Positions 36,818-45,514 of a stretch of 64,000 nucleotides of DNA are shown here, piece by piece. Position 1 is the first letter of the stretch; each line of letters starts with the position of its first letter. The position numbers and the translations under genes were made by a program. Under the pieces are notes generated by a model. The model ran no database searches and was not told the DNA's origin. It saw only the letters and a program-made list of their open reading frames with translations. Origin of the DNA: Candidatus Caldarchaeales archaeon (GTDB lineage: Archaea > Thermoproteota > Nitrososphaeria_A > Caldarchaeales > Wolframiiraptoraceae). Where the stretch lies: contig JBCNVN010000002.1 of assembly GCA_039630055.1 (NCBI GenBank), positions 76,836-140,835 of the forward strand. The letters are read 5' to 3'.

Positions 36818-37459
36818 TTGAAGAGGCGGATGATCTTGGAAGAACGTCTTAGCTTGGAAGAAGGAAGGTATCTAGTAAAGCTTGCACGGCAAACTATCTA
36901 CAACTATCTTAGAGGTGTCAAGAGCAGGGTTGAGCCTCCACAAAGTGAGAAGTTGAAAGAGAATCGTGGAGTCTTCGTTACATTATATCTTCATCCATTA
37001 AAAGAGCTGAGAGGATGTATAGGTTTCCCACTCCCATCTATGCCCTTGTATGAGGCGACTATTCAAGCAGCCATATCTTCAGCTGTGCATGATCCTAGAT
37101 TCAAACCTCTAGAAATAGATGAACTAGACAACATAGTTATTGAGGTGAGTGTATTGACGCCGGCTGAAGAGATAGTATATAGAGATGGACGTGAACTTTT
37201 AGACAAGATAGTTATTGGAAGAGATGGATTGATTATAAGATCTGGTCCATTCTCTGGATTATTATTACCACAAGTGCCAGTCGAATACGGTTGGACAGTT
37301 GAAGAATATCTTATGCATCTATGCTTAAAGGCTGGATTAGAGTCTACCTACTGGCTAACGGGAAAACCTAAGATCTATAAATTTACAGCTCAGATATTCT
37401 CGGAAAGTGAGCCGAATGGGGAAGTTGTTGTAGAAAAAATTTTAACGAGAAAATCTTAA
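36818..37459 (+). CDS. AMMECR1-domain protein
   Basis: RGVFVTLYL...LRGCIGFPLP and DPRF motifs. The alternative ATG at 36830 may be the real start. Confidence 0.88.
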   Translation: MKRRMILEERLSLEEGRYLVKLARQTIYNYLRGVKSRVEPPQSEKLKENRGVFVTLYLHPLKELRGCIGFPLPSMPLYEATIQAAISSAVHDPRFKPLEIDELDNIVIEVSVLTPAEEIVYRDGRELLDKIVIGRDGLIIRSGPFSGLLLPQVPVEYGWTVEEYLMHLCLKAGLESTYWLTGKPKIYKFTAQIFSESEPNGEVVVEKILTRKS

Positions 37460-37486
37460 AAGAATCATGAATAGTAAAATGATAAG

Positions 37487-38656
37487 ATGTATAGAATTCA
37501 TCTTGGAGTATGCGGTATAGGTCTAGGACACTCAGCCCGCTCAGCCATTTTAGCTAAAGCGATAAAGGAGCAAGGATGGAGTCTAAGCATCTCTTCTTAT
37601 GGTGAAGGTTTAGAATATCTGGAGAGACTTGGTCTAGATGTTTACAAGGTTCCAGCACTATCTTACGGGTTGCTAGTTGAAGGAAAGGTTAGTATAAAGA
37701 TGACTATATTCAAAAATATTCTGTTGCCTATAAGAGTTGCGGAGCAGGTCTCCCATGAGATTGCATTAATAGATAGAGTAACAGACCTAGTTCTATCAGA
37801 TACTCGAGCTTCAACCATCATAGCAGCCAAATTATTAGCTAAGCCTGTTATAACGATTCTAAACCAGTTTAATATTAAGATACTATACCCTAAGTATAGA
37901 TGGATAATTCAAAGTCTTGAGGGGGCAGCGTATCTGGTCAGCTGGATATGGCTTAGAAGTGATAAGATACTAGTTGCAGACTATCCTCCACCTCTAACAA
38001 TCTCGAAGAAGAACCTCATCTTCCCTGAAGACTTAGATTATGATAAGATTAGATATATCGGACCAATAATGAATGATTCTATATTCGATTATACCGATGT
38101 TAGATTATTAAAAAGAAAGTATGGGGTAGGCTTTGATGGTAAACCGGTAGTTTTGTTTAAAGCTACTGGACCCCTCTTTGAGAGGAGAATCCTCGTAAAT
38201 AAGATTCTTCCAATCTTGAAGAGATTATCTAGAGAATTTGAAGTGGTGGTTACCTTGGGAGGGCTTAGCTCTCCTTCCAATGGCACAGATCTGAACATGA
38301 AGATCTATGAATGGGTTGAAGAACCGCTGGAACTTGCAAAGATAGCTGATGTAGTTATTACGAGGGCGGGTCAAACAACTTTGGCGAGTATTTTAGCTCT
38401 AGGTAAGCCGGTGCTTATGATTCCCATACCTGGACATGCTGAGCAGATATCGAACGCCGAGACTGTAGAAGAGATCGGTGCTGGAGTAATGTTAGATGAA
38501 GAAAGATTAAGCGAAGAAGCCTTGAGGAGGTATATCAACGATCTCTTAGACTTGAGACATTATTCTGAGAAGGCATCTCTCTACGCCTCTACATATAAAA
38601 CATTAAATCCAGTTAAATCAGTCATAGAAGAAGTTAAGACAATTTTAGATAAATAA
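37487..38656 (+). CDS. glycosyltransferase (GT1/GT28, MurG-like fold)
   Basis: N-terminal GVCGIGLGHSARS and the C-terminal Glyco_tran_28_C-like ITRAGQTTLASILALGKPVLMIPIPGHAEQISNA. Confidence 0.75.
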   Translation: MYRIHLGVCGIGLGHSARSAILAKAIKEQGWSLSISSYGEGLEYLERLGLDVYKVPALSYGLLVEGKVSIKMTIFKNILLPIRVAEQVSHEIALIDRVTDLVLSDTRASTIIAAKLLAKPVITILNQFNIKILYPKYRWIIQSLEGAAYLVSWIWLRSDKILVADYPPPLTISKKNLIFPEDLDYDKIRYIGPIMNDSIFDYTDVRLLKRKYGVGFDGKPVVLFKATGPLFERRILVNKILPILKRLSREFEVVVTLGGLSSPSNGTDLNMKIYEWVEEPLELAKIADVVITRAGQTTLASILALGKPVLMIPIPGHAEQISNAETVEEIGAGVMLDEERLSEEALRRYINDLLDLRHYSEKASLYASTYKTLNPVKSVIEEVKTILDK

Positions 38657-38710
38657 ACTTAATGGGAAAAGTTTATCTCTTAATCCTCTACAATCTATTA
38701 TGGCGAATAA

Positions 38711-39202
38711 ATGAGTAGTCGGCCTAAAATAGATTTTTCTGTTACACCCAGCAAACTGATTGGGTTGCTCGATCTAATAAATAGTATGAATGGGAGGGTA
38801 GATATAGCTAGAATATCTATTATGTTGCAGACAGATGTAGATGTACTCCTACCAGTTATTGATCTGGGTGAGACCATAGGATTCTTAAAGGTTGTTGATG
38901 GAGATGCTGAATTAACAGAGGCTGGGAGAAGGTTTGTTAATGCATCATCATCGAAGAGAAAGCTGATGCTTAGAGAAGCGATCAAGAATATCGAACCATT
39001 CTCTACAGCTTTAAAATTAGCACAGAGAGATAATGAATTCTCGAAGGAAGAGTTATTCAATGAGCTTGATAAGATGAGATTCTTTGAAGAAGAATTTCCA
39101 GACATAGAACAGTTCCACTCATTTATCCTTGAATGGCTACTTTATACCGAGGCAATTCACTACAGTGGAGAAGATAAAAGATTCTTTAAAAAGAGGCATT
39201 AA
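38711..39202 (+). CDS. hypothetical protein, possibly an AAA-associated/winged-helix-like domain
   Basis: 163 aa. LIGLLDLINSMNGRVDIARISIMLQTDVDVLLPVIDLGETIGFLKVVDGDAELTEAGRRF resembles the standalone C-terminal domain attached to some ABC ATPases. Weak call. Confidence 0.45.
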   Translation: MSSRPKIDFSVTPSKLIGLLDLINSMNGRVDIARISIMLQTDVDVLLPVIDLGETIGFLKVVDGDAELTEAGRRFVNASSSKRKLMLREAIKNIEPFSTALKLAQRDNEFSKEELFNELDKMRFFEEEFPDIEQFHSFILEWLLYTEAIHYSGEDKRFFKKRH

Positions 39203-39379
39203 CACCGTTATAATATAAGAATGAAAGAAATATGGGAAACCCGTAAAAAATAATGATGCCAATCTAGTAAATGCTTTAGAACACCAAAGTTTATGGATCG
39301 TTAAATAAAAGATGGAAATGATTAGAGAGAATTTTTAGAAAGAAAATCTTAAATCGGTCGTCGGCATTGTTTTACTGAG

Positions 39380-41221
39380 GTGTTTTTTATGGTTAAAGCA
39401 AATGGTTATGCCAACTGTATAGCATGGGTCGATCTAACTGAAAAAAAGATCAGCTATCAGGAAGTTGATGAGGAAGAGGCTAGAAAGTTTATCGGCGGTA
39501 GAGGTCTTGGAGGAAGAATAGTCTTAAAATATGCGGTTGGTAAAGACCCCCTCTCACCTGAGAACGTTCTCGCGATAATGAATGGACCTCTTACAGGAAC
39601 AGTTACCCCTATGAATGGACGAATAGTCGCAGTATCTAGATCTCCACTTACAGGGATATTTGGAGATAGTCATGCAGGTGGATGGGCTGGAGCAGCATTA
39701 AAATGGGCTGGATTCGATGGAGTGGTCTTGACCGGTGCAAGTGATAAACCAGTCTATCTTGTGGTAAAGAATAAGACTGTATCCATTGAGAATGCAAATG
39801 CTTTGTGGGGTAAGACAACCGAGGAGACCTATCTAATGCTGAAAGAAAAACATGGCAGAGATATCCAATTCTATGGAATAGGTCCTGCAGGAGAGAACCT
39901 GGTTAGATTCGCAAATATAATGCATTTTGGAGAGAGAGCTATGGGTAGAGCATCGGGCAGATGTGGTATGGGAGCCGTGATGGGGTCTAAGAAGGTTAAA
40001 GGGCTGGTAATAATAGGTGAAGAGAAAGATATGCCTAAACCGGCTAAACCAGAAGAATTCGAGAAAGCTAGAGAACAGGCTTTGAAGAAGATTATTGAGA
40101 GCCCTGTTACCGGACCTAAGAAGGGTGGATTATCTGTTTACGGAACCTCTGTACTCGTAAATCTTGTAAACGAGATAGGTGCATGGCCCACGAAAAATGC
40201 TAAGGATACAATGTTCGAGTATGCATACTATATCTCAGGAGAGAATCTAAGGGGGACGATACTAAAAGATACACCTACATGCCATGCATGTCCAGTAGCA
40301 TGTAAGAGAGATTCCCAAGTCTTTGATGGAAAATTCAAGCACAAATCTGAAGGTCCAGAGTATGAATCTATCTGGGCTCTTGGAGCAATGATAGGTGTAG
40401 GACACATAGAAGCAGTATCATATCTAAACTATCTAGCTAACCTATATGGTATAGATACTATAGAACTCGGAAATACTTTGGCAGTAGCAGCAGAAGCATC
40501 TGAAAGAGGATTGATAAAAGAAACAGTAAAATGGGGTGATATAGATAAATTTATAGAACTTGTTAGAAGGCTCTCATACAGAGAAGGAGATCTAGGTAAT
40601 GCATTAGCTGAAGGTGGAGCGAGAGCTGCTCAGATATTTGGAGATCCTAACATCTCGATGTCTGTTAAAGGTATGAGTATTCCTGCATATGATCCTAGAG
40701 GTCTTAAGGGATTCGCCGTTGCATACAGTACCTCACCGCGTGGTGCATGTCATCTAAGAGCATATACGCCTGCTTCAGAGATTCTTGGGATACCATATAA
40801 GACAGATCCATTATCGACTGAAGGCAAAGTAGACCTAGTAATGCTTCTAGAAAGATTATTCGCATTCACAGACAGTTTAGACATGTGTAAGTTCAGCACA
40901 TTCGCATTAGGTCCTGAAGACTATGCTGCACTATATTCAACGTTTACTGGATTTGATGTATCAGCGGACGAGATTCTAAATATTGGTGAGAGGATTCTAA
41001 CACAAGAGAGATACTTTAACCAACTTCATGGAATGTCCCGTAAAGATGATAGGCTTCCGAAGAGGTTTATGGAGGTGCCTTCGCCGAGCGGACCGTCTAA
41101 AGGTCATATAATAGATGAGGTGACTTTCAATAAGTTAATCGATGATTACTATCGGAAGCATGGATGGAACATGGATGGTACGGTACCTCAAGAACGTCTA
41201 ATACAATTAGGAATAATCTGA
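39380..41221 (+). CDS. aor: aldehyde:ferredoxin oxidoreductase (tungsten AOR family)
   Basis: 613 aa. N-terminal AOR_N pattern (GGRGLGGRI...MNGPLTG). [4Fe-4S] ligands CHACPVAC and the later C in MCKF. EYESIWALG and pterin-binding motifs. Confidence 0.92.
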   Translation: MFFMVKANGYANCIAWVDLTEKKISYQEVDEEEARKFIGGRGLGGRIVLKYAVGKDPLSPENVLAIMNGPLTGTVTPMNGRIVAVSRSPLTGIFGDSHAGGWAGAALKWAGFDGVVLTGASDKPVYLVVKNKTVSIENANALWGKTTEETYLMLKEKHGRDIQFYGIGPAGENLVRFANIMHFGERAMGRASGRCGMGAVMGSKKVKGLVIIGEEKDMPKPAKPEEFEKAREQALKKIIESPVTGPKKGGLSVYGTSVLVNLVNEIGAWPTKNAKDTMFEYAYYISGENLRGTILKDTPTCHACPVACKRDSQVFDGKFKHKSEGPEYESIWALGAMIGVGHIEAVSYLNYLANLYGIDTIELGNTLAVAAEASERGLIKETVKWGDIDKFIELVRRLSYREGDLGNALAEGGARAAQIFGDPNISMSVKGMSIPAYDPRGLKGFAVAYSTSPRGACHLRAYTPASEILGIPYKTDPLSTEGKVDLVMLLERLFAFTDSLDMCKFSTFALGPEDYAALYSTFTGFDVSADEILNIGERILTQERYFNQLHGMSRKDDRLPKRFMEVPSPSGPSKGHIIDEVTFNKLIDDYYRKHGWNMDGTVPQERLIQLGII

Positions 41222-41230
41222 AAAACCCTA

Positions 41231-41250
41231 TTTCCTATTTTTTATCTTTC
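41231..41250. terminator. T-rich tract between convergent aor and the E1-like gene
   Basis: TTTCCTATTTTTTATCTTTC, including a T6 run (41238-41243), lies 10 nt after the aor stop. Archaeal terminators are typically oligo-T. Confidence 0.3.
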
Positions 41251-41266
41251 ATAGATAGCTCAAGTA

Positions 41267-42013
41267 TCAGCTTCTAGAACATGATGGACAGTTAGGGGAC
41301 TTTGCTATAGACAATACAGAGAATTCTAGATCCAGTCCGTTGAATATTAGGATTCTTCCTGTAATTGTGCTTCCAGCACCCGTCAATATCTTTACCGTCT
41401 CAAGTGCTTCGAGAGAACCGATAACTCCTGGTAAGGGTCCTATGATAGGTGTAAATCCACTAGTAGGTGGAGGCTCAGGTATTAGACATCTCAAACATGG
41501 CCCCTTACCAGGTATAATCGTCATCAATCTTCCTTCAAAAGATTGGACAGCTCCATGGATGAAGGGCTTCTTGAACTCGATACACTTATCATTTATTAAA
41601 AGTCTAGTTTCAAAATTGTCAAGTCCATCCACCACCACATCTACATCTTCTATAAGTTCATCAACATTTTCTAGTGTAATTTTCTCAGGTATAGGCTCGA
41701 CCAATATATCTGAGTTGAATGATCTAATCCTTTCAGCAGCGGCCTCAACCTTTCTTCTCCCTAAATCATTCTCAGAGTAAGGTATTTGACGGTTTAGATT
41801 GCTGAGCTCTAATACTCCATCATCTACCATACGGATATAGCCAACTCCTACTGCTGCTAGATATGTGGCGGCCACGCCTCCAAGCCCACCAATGCCTGCA
41901 ACAAGTACTCTAGAGTTCTTTAGTTTAACCTGTCCCTCAACACCTATCTCGGGAATTCTAATCTGTCTATCATACCTCTCTAATTCTCTCTTACCTAGAT
42001 TATATTTGAACAA
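41267..42013 (-). CDS. ThiF/MoeB/UbaA-family adenylyltransferase (E1-like)
   Basis: YDRQIRIPEIGVEGQVKLKNSRVLVAGIGGLGG nucleotide-binding N-terminus. CLRC and CPSC zinc pairs. 248 aa. Confidence 0.88.
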   Translation of the reverse strand: MFKYNLGKRELERYDRQIRIPEIGVEGQVKLKNSRVLVAGIGGLGGVAATYLAAVGVGYIRMVDDGVLELSNLNRQIPYSENDLGRRKVEAAAERIRSFNSDILVEPIPEKITLENVDELIEDVDVVVDGLDNFETRLLINDKCIEFKKPFIHGAVQSFEGRLMTIIPGKGPCLRCLIPEPPPTSGFTPIIGPLPGVIGSLEALETVKILTGAGSTITGRILIFNGLDLEFSVLSIAKSPNCPSCSRS

Positions 42014-42149
42014 ACCGTTATAGATTACAATATTACCACAATTTAAAACATTCTTAAATCCAGTCTAAGAATAAAGCCTCAAAAATTTACGGAGCGGATA
42101 CTACAAATCAGATTCATATTATCATATCTAATATTTATTTGGTGATTTT

Positions 42150-42707
42150 ATGATATTAAAGTCGCCACCACAGATCTTGTTTTATATCTATATCTCATTG
42201 GTAGCATTTACTTCATACTGGTCTATCAGACTGATCTTTGGAGGAGTGCCGGTTAGTAATGTTTGGGTTGGATTCTTATTCTGCATCCCATGGATCATAT
42301 TTTCATTCATGGAGAAGAGAAAGTATACTATCCACTATCTATTTGCGATAGTCTACTCAACATTCTTGTTACTACAGTCTTTAGTGGGATTAGAAGAAGA
42401 CGTATTTCTAAGATCATGGGGAGAGCCACCTATAGAGATATTGGGTGATAATCTAGATGGGATAATTTATATAGGTCTGCTCTCGATATCTGGATACCTC
42501 AGTTATAGACGAGTTTTGATCGCTCCACCCAATATAAGCTTATTCACTAAGATGGTTGTAGCTATTCTATATGTATTTATCGGAGTTCTATATTCAATAG
42601 CGATAGAGCTTGCTTGCATTGTTGTATATATGAAATGCGTGACATATCATCACTTGCGATCCTATTCCTATCAATCGGAATCTATAATACATATTCAGCG
42701 ATTCTAG
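42150..42707 (+). CDS. polytopic membrane protein of unknown family (copy 2)
   Basis: 185 aa with about 5 TM segments. The segment YIGLLSISGYLSYRRVLIAPPNISLFTKMVVAILYVF aligns without gaps to YYGLLVIASYTAYRKGTRLSLNNKILTKLTVAISLIL of the 29619 ORF, with 14 of 37 residues identical. Confidence 0.5.
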   Translation: MILKSPPQILFYIYISLVAFTSYWSIRLIFGGVPVSNVWVGFLFCIPWIIFSFMEKRKYTIHYLFAIVYSTFLLLQSLVGLEEDVFLRSWGEPPIEILGDNLDGIIYIGLLSISGYLSYRRVLIAPPNISLFTKMVVAILYVFIGVLYSIAIELACIVVYMKCVTYHHLRSYSYQSESIIHIQRF

Positions 42708-42876
42708 GTTATTCAGATAGGAAACGGATTATGAAGGGCGAACATCTATAGACACTTACAATCCTGACCGATCCTCCTAGAACCATAACATTATCTAAAC
42801 TCTCCAATATCTTCCTACAGATTCCCAGATATCTTAGGTTGAAAAATTTTCATGTTAAAATATCTTAGATATATGG

Positions 42877-43167
42877 TTATCCGCCAGCTACTGGAGGTAT
42901 TAGAGCTATCTCATCCCCATCCTTGATAGGTGTAGATAGTCCATCGAGAAAGTCTATATCTCTGCCATTCACAAATATTTTAACAGTTTTTTTAAGTAGG
43001 CCATTATCATCTAAGACTTCACTGGTAAATCTTTCACCAAAAAGTTGGGAAAGCGTCTTCAGTAAAGACTGGATATTCGAATCTACTGGTAATTCGATTG
43101 AGATTCTTCCAGTCTCTCCCAGTGCTTCCCTAATAGTTGCAAAAGCTTTTATGACCACCTTTACCAT
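42877..43167 (-). CDS. MoaD/ThiS-family ubiquitin-like protein (SAMP-like) ending in Gly-Gly
   Basis: 96 aa. VKAFATIREALG start and a C-terminal ...DGDEIALIPPVAGG followed by the stop codon. Confidence 0.8.
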   Translation of the reverse strand: MVKVVIKAFATIREALGETGRISIELPVDSNIQSLLKTLSQLFGERFTSEVLDDNGLLKKTVKIFVNGRDIDFLDGLSTPIKDGDEIALIPPVAGG

Positions 43168-43177
43168 TTATCGTCCC

Positions 43178-43552
43178 CTACTCAGAACATACTGTACACT
43201 CATCAACATTTATAAGAGGCTCAACATTCTTATGTAGCTCGCATAAGATGCCCTTTCTCCTCAAATCTATCAACATAAGATTAATCTTCCTAGTTATCTC
43301 TTTTGAATCAACATTATTTATAATCATATTAACAATCTCATCCACGTATTTTAGTACGGTAGGATTGTCTTCCCACTCTACCTTGAAACCTCTAACACCT
43401 CTAAGATAGTTACTGATAGCTGCCTGAGTTACGCCGACAGCTTCCGCAGCCTTCTCCTGCGTATAACCTTTCTCAAGTATCAGCTTTTTAGCTATGAATG
43501 ATCTTATAGCTGGGAGAGCATACTTAGCCTCTATCTCAGAAGGAAGCTGCAT
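43178..43552 (-). CDS. HTH (XRE-like) transcriptional regulator, COG2522-like
   Basis: GYTQEKAAEAVGVTQAAISNYLRGVRG helix-turn-helix. CxxC at the extreme C-terminus. Its stop lies 10 nt upstream of the MoaD-like gene start on the same strand. Confidence 0.7.
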   Translation of the reverse strand: MQLPSEIEAKYALPAIRSFIAKKLILEKGYTQEKAAEAVGVTQAAISNYLRGVRGFKVEWEDNPTVLKYVDEIVNMIINNVDSKEITRKINLMLIDLRRKGILCELHKNVEPLINVDECTVCSE

Positions 43553-43623
43553 ACCGATAACACTATATGATGAGTCTTATATAAAATATTCGCTTCCAGT
43601 TAAACTTTTGTATTTAACAAGCG

Positions 43624-44418
43624 TTAAACTTTAACTATTTCTAGATTTAATCTTTCAAGCTCCTCAAGCAAGCTCTTCCTATTCTCAGAAGAGATACCCT
43701 TCCAATCGATCAATGCTATCCTAGGCTTCTCGACAGTCTTCTCTACAGCTTGCTTTATCATCTCTATATCTATTGGTAGAGCATACTTTGGACACATGTG
43801 TCCCACGATATACATATCGCTAGATACAAGCTTTGTGAATGTAGGTGCATAGTGTCCTCCCCCGAACCCAATAGCGGCCTTATCACCATTGAAGTCTACT
43901 TCAGCTGCAGCTCTAGATGCAGAGGCCACAACCTCTAACTCTCTTCTACCTATTTCCTGATCTCCTCCACCAGCTTCTATGAATATTGATGGAACATCTG
44001 TGAATGGACCATGATGAGTAACTTCAAGTCTTACATCCCATCCAGAGATACCTAAAGTATCTACTTCATCGATTAAGGTCTGTAGAGATTTCTTTAACAT
44101 TTTAGCACTCGTCATAGAGAGAGTTCTAGGTCTTCCACCGTATAGTGCTTCTCCACTCCAGTTCCCCACCGGATGGGTCAAGAAGGCTCTAATACCCCTC
44201 TCAGATTTGTGAGAGGATGGGAAGATTAGTAAATCTGCTTTGAGCCTCTCGCCAATCATCTCAGCATAGATGTGTTTCTCATCTATGAAGACTATCTCTA
44301 CCCCATTTCTAATATAAGTCGATCGGCCATTATCTTTGAATCCAAATGATTCTATCAAGATTTCTGCAACCTTGAGAGATATAGGGTCAGCTCTAGAGAT
44401 AGCTATGACCCTCCTCAT
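43624..44418 (-). CDS. dtdA: archaeal D-aminoacyl-tRNA deacylase (DTD2/DtdA type)
   Basis: 264 aa. SRADPISLKVAEIL N-terminus, LIFPSSHKSERGIRAFLTHPVGNW and EVTHHGP motifs as I recall them for the DtdA family. Confidence 0.7.
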   Translation of the reverse strand: MRRVIAISRADPISLKVAEILIESFGFKDNGRSTYIRNGVEIVFIDEKHIYAEMIGERLKADLLIFPSSHKSERGIRAFLTHPVGNWSGEALYGGRPRTLSMTSAKMLKKSLQTLIDEVDTLGISGWDVRLEVTHHGPFTDVPSIFIEAGGGDQEIGRRELEVVASASRAAAEVDFNGDKAAIGFGGGHYAPTFTKLVSSDMYIVGHMCPKYALPIDIEMIKQAVEKTVEKPRIALIDWKGISSENRKSLLEELERLNLEIVKV

Positions 44419-44465
44419 TAAGATTAAGATTATCTCTCTAGATAATAAATGATTTTTTATGAAAC

Positions 44466-45401
44466 ATGGATAGGTTTAAGCCATACCGATATGAGAAATC
44501 TGATGAAGCCATAGTCTTGGTAGAGATGCATCCGGGTAAGCTGTTCATGTACAAGTGGGTTGATAAACCATTGATCTGTCAGCAAGTTATCTTGAAGATT
44601 CTCAGAGCCATCGACAATAATGCAAGTGATGTTAAAGTCTCTCTCGACCTAGGATTAACACAAGAAAATTGCAAAATAGTTGAAGATCGAGTTATCATTA
44701 GAGATTCTTGTATAGAGTTGGAGAAGTTGGAAGAGCTGACGGGTAGAAGTCGAGACATATACCTAGTCGATAAAGACGAGCTTATTCCAGTCAGTATAGC
44801 TGGAGATCACTTCTATAAGCTAGTACTAGTTAAGTGGGGTCATCCACCAACTTTAGAGATAGATGGAATCCACATGCATAGGGTGAAGGATATCACTCCG
44901 GATATAGATACGAGGATGAAACTATCATTGATTGGAGACTTTAAATGCTGTAAGGTATTAGATACATGTACAGGGTTAGGCTATACTGCTATAGAATCTG
45001 TTAGGAGAGGAGCCTGCCAAGTGATCACATTCGAGATAGATGAGAACGTCCTCAAGATAGCTCATCTAAACCCTTGGTCTAAATGGTTAGAAGATAGTAG
45101 AATAAAGATCTTTAATGAAGATGTCTCTAAGGGTGTTGAGAGATATAGAGAATACTTCGATATAGTCATACATGATCCTCCAAGAATGTCTCTAGCTGGA
45201 GAATTGTATAGTCTAAGATTTTATCAGGAGTTATTTAGAGTCTTAAAAAGAGGTGGTAGATTAATCCACTATGTAGGGCAGCCTGGGATCCATAGTGGAA
45301 AGAAGATTTTGAAAGGAGTGATGGAGCGGATGAGGATGGCTGGATTCGATGTAAAATATGACCAGAATTCTAGATGTGTCTTTGCACTGAGAAAAGGATG
45401 A
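44466..45401 (+). CDS. class I SAM-dependent methyltransferase (COG2521-like archaeal)
   Basis: VLDTCTGLGYTAIES (motif I) and VIHDPPR (motif IV-like). 311 aa. Confidence 0.7.
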   Translation: MDRFKPYRYEKSDEAIVLVEMHPGKLFMYKWVDKPLICQQVILKILRAIDNNASDVKVSLDLGLTQENCKIVEDRVIIRDSCIELEKLEELTGRSRDIYLVDKDELIPVSIAGDHFYKLVLVKWGHPPTLEIDGIHMHRVKDITPDIDTRMKLSLIGDFKCCKVLDTCTGLGYTAIESVRRGACQVITFEIDENVLKIAHLNPWSKWLEDSRIKIFNEDVSKGVERYREYFDIVIHDPPRMSLAGELYSLRFYQELFRVLKRGGRLIHYVGQPGIHSGKKILKGVMERMRMAGFDVKYDQNSRCVFALRKG

Positions 45402-45514
45402 GTTTATCATGAGAATATTAAATAAGGATAAGTCTATGATTGCTCTGAATATCGTCTATGCTTGAAGGTTCAATAGAGATAAGAAGAAGTTAAATCCTAT
45501 TCTATCTGGTTTGG

